A stretch of DNA of 63,386 bases, counting the filler, from Bonamia ostreae (taxonomy: Eukaryota), in assembly GCA_040357525.1 (NCBI GenBank). It is 41 parts of 41 records of this genome, joined end to end, with 100 filler letters (N's around TTAATTAATTAA, not from the genome) between each part and the next. Parts side by side here need not be neighbours in the genome. Positions count along the whole stretch, not along the records: positions 23,317 to 24,766 come from JBDODL010001781.1; positions 24,867 to 26,316 come from JBDODL010001782.1; positions 26,417 to 27,865 come from JBDODL010001783.1; positions 27,966 to 29,414 come from JBDODL010001784.1; positions 29,515 to 30,963 come from JBDODL010001785.1; positions 31,064 to 32,511 come from JBDODL010001786.1; positions 32,612 to 34,058 come from JBDODL010001787.1; positions 34,159 to 35,605 come from JBDODL010001788.1; 33 more parts are not named here. One strand, 5' to 3'. Under the pieces are notes generated by a model that was not told the origin of the DNA, ran no database searches, and worked only from the letters and a program-made list of their open reading frames with translations. Positions 24,524-35,474 of this stretch are shown one piece after another; within the stretch, counting starts at the first letter, position 1, and the number at the start of each line of letters is the position of its first letter. Position numbers and translations under genes: made by a program.

Positions 24524-26416
24524 TACTTTATAGCTATAAAACTAAGCCAAATTTTTAATTTCGCCTAAAAGCAATTATCAATAAAATAATAATACACTTT
24601 ATTGATTTCAATATATGAAAACATCAAACCTACTCTTTTCAAGTATATATTTTATTAGTTTACATTTGTCGTATTCATATATTTGTTTTATTTGTATTTT
24701 GCAAATAATTGTGTAATAAAAATGAAAATAGTTGTTTACCATGCAAATGTTAAAACAAATTAAAGCNNNNNNNNNNNNNNNNNNNNNNNNNNNNNNNNNN
24801 NNNNNNNNNNTTAATTAATTAANNNNNNNNNNNNNNNNNNNNNNNNNNNNNNNNNNNNNNNNNNNNCAAGTTCTAAAATTGTGGCTTTCTTAACTCAAAT
24901 GTATAAATGTGCTACAAATAAGGAAAATACACACTTGAATAAACCGTTCAATGATTAACATGGCAAGCGCATGTATAAAATGAACCTAGTTCTTTTTTTG
25001 TGTAAATTAGCTAAATTTAATATCGTGTTAATTTACGTGCCTTGATATCATTCTCTACAGTGCAGTCGCCTTCACTCAAAGTCATCAGTGGTATCTCCAT
25101 TTAAAGGTAAAAAATGATTATACACATACGTCATCATTGTACTATAACATATATTACATCGATTATAAGGGTTAAGGCAAAACAAAAGAAGCGTGTGTAG
25201 TAGTGGACTAGATATACCCCCGCATTTTCCATAATAATACAAATATTCACAGAAAATATATATGTTTCAACTTCAGAGAATAACATTACTTATCAAGTCT
25301 ATGACATTTTGTTGTGAATTTTAAAATAGAATTATGATTACTTTTTTGTTTAGATTTTTGCAGTTGAAATGTTTGTTTTATAATTCGGGAGAGCGGGGTG
25401 GGTGGGGGGGGGGGCTATTTTTCCCCTTCTTATATCTGTTGCGCTTCGTCACCTTTAAATTGAATCCTACTGGTCTGCGGAACATACTGTAATATTTATC
25501 ATGTACCTTGTGGTCATTATCAAACAACGTGTGGCAATATTGATCGGAATTGTGTTAACACCCCTTTTTCTATAGAAAATGTAATGATATAAGAGCGTGA
25601 TTTTTTTTATCAAATAACATTAGATGTTCACCATTTGTCTGTAAAGTATTCTGTAAAGATTTCTTGTTTGTGTTCTTACATTCCAATATTTTCAGACACC
25701 ATTTACAAAAATTAGTAAATGTTATAAAAGTAATAAAGAGTGCCGATTATGAAAAGAATATTTCGGATGATTTATAGGAATGCTTACCTTTGTTTCTCCA
25801 TGCCTGTCAATGTCATTTAGATGTTTTCCGTCCTGAAATTATCGTACATATTAATAATGTATCATTGAAAATGTTTCTTTCTACCGACGTGTCTAAGTGA
25901 CGACACGCATTTTTTTCTTTTTGGCTTTCTATCAATGTTATGCTTTAAAATAGCATTTTATATTATTGATTCTATACAAATCATATATCAAAATGCAGTT
26001 CATGAGTGATGTTTACATAATGCACAAGATGCCATACACATTGTAATACATGTATATGAATAACAAACTGTTGTTGATCGAATAATGCTTTCCGTTTTAT
26101 AAGCATTTTAAGTCTTTTGCGTTTTATACATACCCGATTATTTAAGTACCCATGGTAATCTATATCATCACATATCTGTAATAAATGCGGATATTTACAG
26201 TAATTATCGTTGACATTATTCTTTAATGGCTGGTATTGCTTTTAAAACGCAATTAAGCTTAATGAATTATGACGTCTTTCTATGATTTCTAAAATTCAAA
26301 ACATGAACAAAAGCATNNNNNNNNNNNNNNNNNNNNNNNNNNNNNNNNNNNNNNNNNNNNTTAATTAATTAANNNNNNNNNNNNNNNNNNNNNNNNNNNN
26401 NNNNNNNNNNNNNNNN

Positions 26417-26943
26417 GATCGATTTATTTATTCGACTTCAACGATCTTCTGTTCTCCGTAGAATGCTTATTTCGAGCCATTTCGGGAATGCCTCATGGCA
26501 TTTCATTTCAAGGCATGTTTAGACAAGTTCCCCAATTTGTTCTTGTTGTGTTCCAGCTCGATATCGCCTTGCACGAGTTCAATCACCTCTTTCAACTTCG
26601 CCATCAAACTATCGAAGTTCCTCTTGTTCATTATCCTCCGCTAATTCAATTCTTCAACCTCTTGCACGAGTTTGGCTTCGGTTGTTCGAAGATTCTTAAT
26701 CTAGTTGTTGTTTTGTTATTAAAAAAAAATTCGTATTCTACTTCTTTTACTTTTTAATTTTCAATATTTGTTTTTTTAGATTTCATATTGTTCTTTTCAA
26801 AATAACTCTTTTTTTAAGATCTAAGGTTTTATTATTATTTTTAGAAATTTGTTTATATATTAATGGATTTTCGTTATTTACAAATTTGATTTTTATGTTA
26901 AATTTTGTTTTTTCGAATTTTATTGATTGTTTTCTCTATAATG
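26417..26943 (-). other. Coiled-coil-like coding frame containing in-frame TAA, TAG and TGA (variant genetic code or pseudogene)
   Basis: Reads ...KELF*KEQYEI*KNKY*KLKSKRSRIRIFF**QNNN*IKNLRTTEAKLVQEVEELN*RRIMNKRNFDSLMAKLKEVIELVQGDIELEHNKNKLGNLSKHALK*NAMRHSRNGSK*AFYGEQKIVEVE**ID. Confidence 0.5.
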
Positions 26944-27965
26944 NNNNNNNNNNTCATATGTTCGCAATTAAATTCTGTTGAAGTCACTTTGGCATCTATT
27001 CGATTATTATTATACAACACCTATAGTGTTATTCAAAGGCTGTAACAATTTAGGATGATACTTTAAAGTGTTTGTTCAATAAAATTTTTTATTAATTGAT
27101 AACTTAGAAATTGGAATAGTAATAGTTTTAGTTGCAATAAAAATTTATGAAATAGAAGTGATGTGTAAAAAAATTTTGTTTAAAATTAGATTAATTATTT
27201 ATGAAATAGTTAGAATCCATCCTCTATGTTGGTCCATCAAGTTTTTATACCGTTTTTGTTGAAGAGAAAATCAACCAAAGTCATGAACTGCTGGAAATTA
27301 TATAATTTTCTTGAAAGTAAAATCACAGCGATACGGTTGTACGTGGTGCAACTCCAGATAAACTCCAATGGTCTGCCATTTTTAGGAGGGCCATTTTCTA
27401 TAAAAGTTAACAATAAGCATTTAATACTCGCACAAAAATGTCATTAAGTTGCTAATGTGTATATTGTAGCGATTGCCCAATTCCTTTTAATATTTGTTTT
27501 ACGCTAGGAATGGCAATTATAATCACATATTGTAGATAATTTACCCTATTTTGTGTTTATTTTACATCAATCTCATTTAGGGCGATACACATTCAAATTT
27601 CCTTTAATTTTCAATTATTTAATTTTCAAAACTAATTTTATAAAAAATGCAACGTCCAACCTCTTAAGTTTTATAAAAATTAAGTTTAATAATTTATTTT
27701 TAAAGCTTCTTAATTATATTGAATAATTTTCTAAAAAAATATTATTTGTCATTAAAAAATTCTTACCTCTTTTTTTAAATATTTTAAATTTTAATTAAAT
27801 GATTTTTCATTTTTATATTATAAATTAAATATTTTCCAATATTTTCTTTTTTAAAAAATTATTAANNNNNNNNNNNNNNNNNNNNNNNNNNNNNNNNNNN
27901 NNNNNNNNNTTAATTAATTAANNNNNNNNNNNNNNNNNNNNNNNNNNNNNNNNNNNNNNNNNNNN

Positions 27966-28200
27966 AAAACAATTTTTTGCAGTTCGTTTTTAATAAAACA
28001 ATTTTTTGCAGTTCGTTTTTAATAAAACATTTTTTGCAGTTCGTTTTTAATAAAACAATTTTTTGCAGTTCGTTTTTAATAAAACAATTTTTTGCAGTTC
28101 GTTTTTTTAAAACAATTTTTTGCAGTTCGTTTTTATAAAACAATTTTTTGCAGTTCATTTTTAATAAAACAATTTTTTGACAAAATAATTTACAAAAACT
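27966..28200. repeat. About 29-bp minisatellite (about 7 copies), probably intronic
   Basis: aaaacaattttttgcagttcgtttttaat repeated to the contig end. Confidence 0.92.
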
Positions 28201-28209
28201 TATTTTAAC

Positions 28210-29285
28210 AATTCTAAAAACTTTTCTGTCTTTTAACAATCTTTTATTATCGTTTGTAAACGCTTCGACCAAATCAGAAATCGTTTCCGACATTGTGGCC
28301 GAGTTTTCTCTGGAAAACAATCTCTCCGAATCAAGCAATAAGAATTCAAACGCTGAAATTTACATTAATTCAAAATTTAAACATTCGACAAAAGCGCCAA
28401 AAATTGAATCGAAAACGAACGCGAAATCCAATTCATTCAAATCGCCTTTGAGCGATTGCAAAGCCAACGGGATTTCTTTCAAAAGCGATTTGCTTTCAAA
28501 AGAGCTTTTCCGAAACAGATTTCCGAACAGACTTTCGCCGAAGCTGAAAACGACGAAACAAAATCCGCTCAATTTGAGCAATTTTTCGATTTGAACGTAA
28601 ATTTCGGCCGCGATGTTCTGATCCGACAACTTTGAAAATTAGCGCAAAAACCGTCCAATCCATTCCAATTTTTTCGATGTCTTCGAAAAGCTGGTTTTTG
28701 AACTTGGGCAAAAAAGTGTTGACGAAGCGCAGATTTTCCAATCGGTCGCAAATGAATTTTATCGATAAACAGTCGTCGCTTTTATCGCTTTTTATTTTTA
28801 AAAATTTAAACATTTTCGAAGACGATAATTTTTGCAAAGACGACACAAATTTGTCGACAAAAAATCCGCCATTTTCATTATAATCTTTTTCGGACTTTAA
28901 TAAAGCTGTTTTGAATTGTTCGACCAAATTGGAATTTGGGAAATTGAGTTCGAAGAAGGAATCGATGAATTTGGCCAGATATTCGAAGAAAATGAAGTCC
29001 GTCCCTGACGGGTGGATTCCGATCGGAATTTGACTCAATGTCGTCAGGGCTCTTTTTTTGTAGCTGATCAACATTTTTTCGAAGACGGCGCAGTATTTCG
29101 AGTGCCGGTTTATATTCTCGCCGGCTTTTTCGGCGAATTTTGGCTTTTTTTTTGATTTGATAATAATAAGACAAAACGTCAGAAACGACCGATTTTAGTT
29201 TTGTAAATGCTTTTTCGAATTCGATTTGGAAATTTTTGCGGAGCAGTTTTTTCAACGCTTCGTCATAGTTGGGCAAAACATTCAT
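28210..29285 (-). CDS. Hypothetical alpha-helical protein, multi-exon (possibly a CATCHR tether such as RINT1/TIP20)
   Basis: Overlapping ORFs are joined by a 34-nt intron and a 22-nt intron (28630-28651). Only weak resemblance in the C-terminal ...RLFSRENSATMSETISDLVEAF. Confidence 0.5.
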
Positions 29286-31063
29286 TATTTTTTGATAATA
29301 TTGGAAGCCAATAGGAGAGACTATTTTCTTGCCGTTTGTATTTTCTTTTTATCGTATTAAATTTTAAAAAAGTTTCAAAAAAAGTTTCAAAAAAGTCTTT
29401 TTGAACGACTTTTGNNNNNNNNNNNNNNNNNNNNNNNNNNNNNNNNNNNNNNNNNNNNTTAATTAATTAANNNNNNNNNNNNNNNNNNNNNNNNNNNNNN
29501 NNNNNNNNNNNNNNTGTTAATACATAGTATCCAATTTCATTAAATTTGAAAAAAAAATGTCTAATGTCATGAAACTACTTGAATATACCGATATGTTTAT
29601 GTAAAACACATTTATGGATTTTCAAACGTGTATTATTGATCATGTTATTATAACGTACAAGTTCCTGTCATAGATATTTGTCGGGGAAGTATATAGCCAC
29701 TTCTGTGCCCGTCCCGCGTCCCATAATAACAATCCATCACAACTATTCCATGGGATAGGGAGTGAGTGACCTTGGCAAACCTTGGTCCAAAAGATAAGTA
29801 TATATTTAAATATTGTTGAAATGAAGTAGTGTTTATATTCTGAGTGGCATAAACCTTTACAAAATGACATCAATTGACCTCTTTCTAAACGGCATTTACC
29901 CAGTTATTCAATTGTATCATACATGAAACAATACATGTTCGACGACTGTTGAAGTAATGAACCGTTTCCTTATATAAGGTATATGTTTTGAGTGGCCTTA
30001 ACCTNNNNNNNNNNAGATATGAGCTCAGACTGACGGTCGAACAGACACGACGACCTACGAAAAAGAAAATCGGGGAGCATAAACAATGTGAAATTCATAT
30101 AACCAATGTTTTTACGATTTATGCCCCAGAATGGTGGTATGGTCAACATAAATGTTTATTGAAAATGCATTATACCGTAGAAATTTTCTTTTGGTTCTAA
30201 ACATCAAAATGACGTGTTTCCATAGTTATAATAAGCATTGAGTCACTTACGAAATCGGAAATTCATAGCCAATGGATTCAGACCTGGAGTAGGGCTAAGT
30301 TGCTTATATAATTCAAATGCATTGTATGTCAGAAAATCTTTATTACTTTTGACAAGAAGGAGGCAAAATATTTTCATGATTATGATGGACATGGATACTT
30401 TTATACCAAAATATTGAAATTCTAAGCCCAAAGTTTAGGTGTGAAGACAGAGATCAATACGCAAATGGGATGGGCTTGAACATTTTTTATCACTAAGGAG
30501 TGAGACTGCAACGCCTAATCACACAGTGGTATGTATCGTAAGCGTTTGGCCATCAAGATATTTATGTCCACAATTTTGCCCAACAATGTAAGAAAAATAA
30601 TTCTGGTAATTCGCAGTATGTTTTTCTGTACAATGTATATAAAGGAATAAGAAAGAATGCCATTGTGTGTATCTGTCATTTATTAAACTAAGCAATGAAT
30701 GGAAACAAAATATCATAATTAATTTACTGTGATTAAATCAGAAAATTGACTAATAGCTACGAATTGACTAGCTAGGTGTTATAACAAGGTAAATAATCAC
30801 TTTACACAAAGTAGCTTAGCCAATAAAACATGTACATCTGGTAAAAACACTACATCACAGACATATGTGACGGCCCCACCTATAACTTTGCAATTCCAAT
30901 GTATTGGTTTCATACGCTGGTGTTCATTTCAATTTATTTCATTCCTATTATAGAGATTGTTCTNNNNNNNNNNNNNNNNNNNNNNNNNNNNNNNNNNNNN
31001 NNNNNNNTTAATTAATTAANNNNNNNNNNNNNNNNNNNNNNNNNNNNNNNNNNNNNNNNNNNN

Positions 31064-31487
31064 TATTTGAACAAATTTCTCATTATTTTTATCTTTATTT
31101 TCAATCAAAAGATCAATGTGGTTTTCAATTAAATGGTCTGCACGAAAACATTCGTTTGTTATAACATCTTTAACCATCAAATCTTCAAATTTTTCAACAT
31201 GCCCAGAAGTCCTTATTTAAAAAAAATTGCAAAAAATTACAGAAAAATTTGCAAAACTTCAAAACGATTTCCGGAGTTAAAGTCATCGTTTCGATTTCAA
31301 AAATATTTTCTTCGAGAACAAAAAAATTGCGCCAGTAATTAATTATATTCGTTTTTAATTTGCAGCCGAGCGGGCCATAATCGTAAAGGCCAGAAACTCC
31401 GCCATAAATTGATGCCGAAGGCAAATACAGAAAATGTTTGGCTGTCAAACGTTCTACTGCCTTTCCTACATTTTTTGGGTACGCCAT
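31064..31487 (-). CDS. GARS1: Glycyl-tRNA synthetase (eukaryotic alpha2 type), N-terminal part
   Basis: SIYGGVSGLYDYGPLGCKLKTNI; intron 31212-31257; VLK-TSGHVEKFEDLMVKD...CFRADHL. Confidence 0.96.
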
Positions 31488-31781
31488 TATAAATTATCTT
31501 AAAAATAATGTTTTAACTGTTTTGATTTACCTCTTTTTGTTAATCGCAGAAATGCTAAAATCGAAATGCCTTTTTTGTGCACAAATAATAAAAGTTAAAA
31601 TCTGTCGCAAATAATAAACATTAAAATGCGGCGTAAATAATAAACATTAAATAAATGAAAAAATTGATAATATCAGAAGAGGAAATACAATTTTCGAGAA
31701 TGTGATGAAATCGAGACTAGAAAATTTGGCAAAAACATATTAAAATGCTAAATTTTAATTTTTAAAATTTGTTATCTAAAA

Positions 31782-32213
31782 ATGCTACAATATTTTGCGA
31801 TTTTTTTGATCATTTTATTTTCTTTGCCATTATTATGCAAGAAAACAGAAAAACCAATTCGAAAAGTAAAAAAAGAAAATTTAAAACTTAATTTAAAACA
31901 ATTAAATAAATTTAACGGTATCGACGACGAACGAATTTTTATATCGATCAACAGAAAAATTTACGATGTTTCTAAAAGTTTCGATTTGACAAAATTTTAC
32001 AAAGAAAGAACATATTATGGCCCGGATGGTCCTTATAGTCCGTTTGCTGGCCACGATGCGACTTTAGCGTTTGCTAAACATTCTTTGGACGAAAGTTTTT
32101 TGGATTATTTTGGCAAAATGGATTTGTCTGAAGACGAGAAAAGCAATTTGGACAGTTTTTTGGAATTGTTCGATTCCTCTTATCAAATTGTTGGCGATTT
32201 AGTTAAAGAATAA
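31782..32213 (+). CDS. Membrane-associated progesterone receptor (MAPR/Dap1/PGRMC)-type cytochrome b5-like heme-binding protein
   Basis: N-terminal TM; IFISINRKIYDVS...YYGPDGPYSPFAGHDATLAFAK. A likely 27-nt in-frame intron at 31978-32004 restores family spacing. Confidence 0.92.
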   Translation: MLQYFAIFLIILFSLPLLCKKTEKPIRKVKKENLKLNLKQLNKFNGIDDERIFISINRKIYDVSKSFDLTKFYKERTYYGPDGPYSPFAGHDATLAFAKHSLDESFLDYFGKMDLSEDEKSNLDSFLELFDSSYQIVGDLVKE

Positions 32214-32245
32214 AAATTAGTAAATGAATATTTTTTGTAATTTTT

Positions 32246-32511
32246 TTAAAATTCGTCAAATTTCCAAATTTTGACTAAAAAATCGTCTCCTGCGCTCGCA
32301 AGAAAATTGTTGTTTTCTGTTTTGACTTAAATTAGTTAGAAAACTAAATTGAACAGAATTGACATCTTGGTTATGTGACTTTAGTTTTGTTATTCTCTCG
32401 TTTTTTATTGAATAGTCTTTTTCAAACTTTATCATTGCTATTTCGTTATCTCCTGATGCGGTTGCTACATAACTATTAAAATTTTTCAAAATTTGTCGAA
32501 AATAAAATATT
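32246..32511 (-). CDS. CIAO1: WD40 cytosolic Fe-S assembly protein CIA1, C-terminus
   Basis: VATASGDNEI...SHNQDVNSVQF-[19-nt intron 32326-32344]-...FLASAGDDFLVKIWKF*. Confidence 0.8.
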
Positions 32512-33149
32512 NNNNNNNNNNNNNNNNNNNNNNNNNNNNNNNNNNNNNNNNNNNNTTAATTAATTAANNNNNNNNNNNNNNNNNNNNNNNNNNNNNNNNN
32601 NNNNNNNNNNNGTTTTTTCCAAGCTGTAAAGTAGAATTAGAGAGCTATATTGTGTAACATTGTATATCACCTGTTTACTTCCATATTCAATGTGATTGTA
32701 TGCAAACTTCATTGTGTATTTAATAAATGTGCACTCCGCGTGACGTCTTGACATACTACATTATACATGTATATCAATGCTGTAAAAGAAATATAGATTC
32801 TCGCTGGCATATCTTTATTAACATCGATTCTGTGGATGCGGTAATTTGTTTTACTATACGTCTAATTTGAGTATATATTACTCATTTAGTGTCGTTACCA
32901 GCTTTGAGTGAAGTGCCACATGTTTACCTATGCATGTTGTTAACAGTCGTAGCTCAAATGAGTGGCCGTGACACGCGCCCTCCGCTTTTATTAGAACGAC
33001 ATGACTTTCCCTCCCTATGCCGGGCGTTTGGCGAATGAACAGACACTACTGAAGTTAAACTTACTAGATTTGAAACGGGAAAAAAAATCGAACCCGTGCG
33101 AATTCAACAACCACTAGTGACTGTTCCTTTGTCACTAGTCTATAATGCC

Positions 33150-33385
33150 GGTGCTATGGATGATGCTTACGGCCTTAACTGTTGGGTGTAAATGCCTACC
33201 GTGACACGGGGTGTTGGTTTTTTTAAATGTTATATCCAAAAGTCCCTTGACTGTCACTTTTAAAAGCACACGTTTGACAAAGAAACAATAACTATTTTTG
33301 TTAAACGTTTCAGGTTTGACACTGTCCCGGGATCGAAAATCCAACCCAATATTTTCCAATGGCGAAGCGAGCGCCCTGACCACTA
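33150..33385 (-). mobile_element. Degenerate tRNA-derived SINE of bivalve/oyster type
   Basis: Minus strand AGTGGTCAGGGCGCTCGCTTCG (A box)...TTCGATCCC (B box)...CCCCGTGTCACGGTAGG...GGCCGTAAGC resembles a common oyster SINE as recalled. Confidence 0.65.
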
Positions 33386-34158
33386 AAATCCTGTTTATTT
33401 TATTTATTGGTGATATGTTGTCCTGGTAACTTTGATGCTATTTATAAAGGGATACACTTGTAAAAGGATTGTGTCTCATGTACGTATGAAATATAAAAAT
33501 TAAAACAATGGACATTTCTTACACAAGTACATATAACTAAAGTAATTTCTTATTGTTTCGAATTTTTGTTTTATGACCATATTTTTCATCTCTAATGAAA
33601 ATATATTCCAGTCTTGAAAAAAACTAAAAGACTCCTCTTACCGCTTTATCTTAGAAAATTATATGAAAATTTCTATTTGTAATACTTCTAGTAATGATAT
33701 TATTTGGTACAAAATTATCACCAAAGTAAGCTGGCTTGTTTCCATAATAAATATCAAAAGCATGATGTACTCTCTGTGATCAATTCTTCACATCTTTAGA
33801 GTGCCTAAAATTTTCTCTTGGACCTCGGTTTATAATAGTTTCAGTTCCATGTAGATGTAATCTAGACTTACGTTGCGATGTTGACTATTTATTTAATTTT
33901 ATTTTTACATTTCTCATTTTGTAAATTTTGAATGTACCGTGTGGCAGAAAATAACAAGTTTACTGTATATAAATTTTGTATCTAACTCAAACATTACAAT
34001 ATGACATATTAACAATCGTTATAATACGTTTTCTTCCGTTAATGATTCACATTCGCATNNNNNNNNNNNNNNNNNNNNNNNNNNNNNNNNNNNNNNNNNN
34101 NNTTAATTAATTAANNNNNNNNNNNNNNNNNNNNNNNNNNNNNNNNNNNNNNNNNNNN

Positions 34159-35174
34159 AGAAAGAACATTTTCTAGGTTTGTTGTAACTAAAGAAATCGC
34201 GATAATTCTTTGTGTCTGAAGTCACAATTTTTTCTTTTGGGTCAGACCAAAGCAGATCGCTTTTTTAAAAAAGACAAACCAAAGCCCTCCATTTCTGGGG
34301 ATTTCAACGACTCTCTCGATTCTTTCGATTCCATTGACCTTTTAAACTTAGATTTAGAACTGATAGGATATCCGGAGATAACCCGCCATGCAGACAAAAA
34401 TATTTGTCGTCGATGATGGCACAAAGCGGCAGTCGATCAAAAACTTTCATAAAGTCGTTATAGACGTCGAGGGAATATTTGTAGACGCCTTTTGTTTGTA
34501 AAATCGTTACAAAAATTTGCAATAAAACATTCGTCTTTAAAGTTAAAATAATTGGTCATTTTTCTGGTTTCATGATTCCCCCTCAACAGGAAAAACGCTC
34601 TCGGATATTTAATTTTGAGGCAGAACAAGAGCAAAATGCATTCACAAGAAAAGCAACCTCTGTCAACATAATCTCCAAGAAAAAGCGTTTTCTTCCTACC
34701 AAAATCACAAAATTTCTTCAGACCATTCGACAAGTCGTAAAATTGGCCATGGACATCCCCAAAGACTTTCACCGAAAATTAAGTCGTAACAAAAAATTAT
34801 GAAGATAATAACATTGGAACCTACAACGGGAGAACCTAGTCGCAGAACATTTTTCTCTTTTTCGAAAATCGCCATTACTGAAAGCACTATTTTTTTGACA
34901 TTGTTTTCTGACAATTTTCCCTGATGCCACAAATGCTCATGGATGGTTTCCTGCTGATTTAATAAAAAAACTATTTCTGGCACACCGTCTTTCCATGAAG
35001 CATTCGTACTCAAAACATTCCTTCGATTTTAACCAAAAACGTCTTTAAGATGGGGCATTCTTCTTTTGACAGTACTCTGTCTGTGTAGCAGGGGACCATT
35101 TCTTTAGTCGGTTTACTGCTGAGGCTGTCTCGACGAGAAAACAAAGTGAAATTTGTTTTAAAGCTGCTTGTCAT
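34159..35174 (-). CDS. PPP3C: Calcineurin A (PP2B catalytic subunit), 3' partial
   Basis: GDVHGQFYDL, LFLGDYVDRG, LLRGNHE, HGGLSP and CDLLWSDP after removing introns 35021-35040, 34951-34971, 34766-34820, 34489-34528, 34339-34360 and 34260-34279. TDRV N-terminal motif and YFNFKDEC-VYKYS are calcineurin-like. Confidence 0.93.
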
Positions 35175-35211
35175 ATTTTTTATATCAATTTTATTGCGAA
35201 TTACTAGAATA

Positions 35212-35474
35212 ATGAACACAGAGTCTGATCGAAAATCTGATAATTATGAAGAATATGAACGTTTTAAAAAAAGGCGGTCGATTTTAAAAAAGGAATATGA
35301 AATTGTTTTCTGATAATTTTAACAAAACAGATTAAAAAAGCTAAACACGAGGGATTGCTGCCAGAAGACTCTTGTATAGAAATAAACGAGTCTTTTAAAA
35401 CGATGGACCCGATAAATCTCCCGAATAAATGGAACAAACGTTTTCTCAAAAAAGGCTGTTTGTGGTGTATGTAA
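35212..35474 (+). CDS. 78-aa heterotrimeric G-protein gamma-like (GGL) protein, absent from the ORF track
   Basis: A 26-nt intron at 35305-35330 gives MNTESDRKSDNYEEYERFKKRRSILKKEYEIIKKAKHEGLLPEDSCIEINESFKTMDPINLPNKWNKRFLKKGCLWCM*. Confidence 0.62.

Noticed and set aside
24867-26316. Host-like contigs with only short ORFs (also 7795-9250, 12459-13911, 29515-30963, 35706-37152, 38800-40245, 43438-44882, 46528-47972)
   Set aside because: No recognisable domains; consistent with animal intronic or intergenic DNA and repeat fragments.
27910-28200. Repeat-protein ORFs KNELQKIVLLKTNCKK (and 52655-52948)
   Set aside because: Translation through noncoding minisatellites whose unit lengths vary and shift the frame.
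34242-35219. Overlapping ORFs in different frames suggesting programmed frameshifts or pseudogenes (also 28360-29285 and 62073-62918)
   Set aside because: Each shift coincides with a short GT-AG intron that restores conserved motifs.
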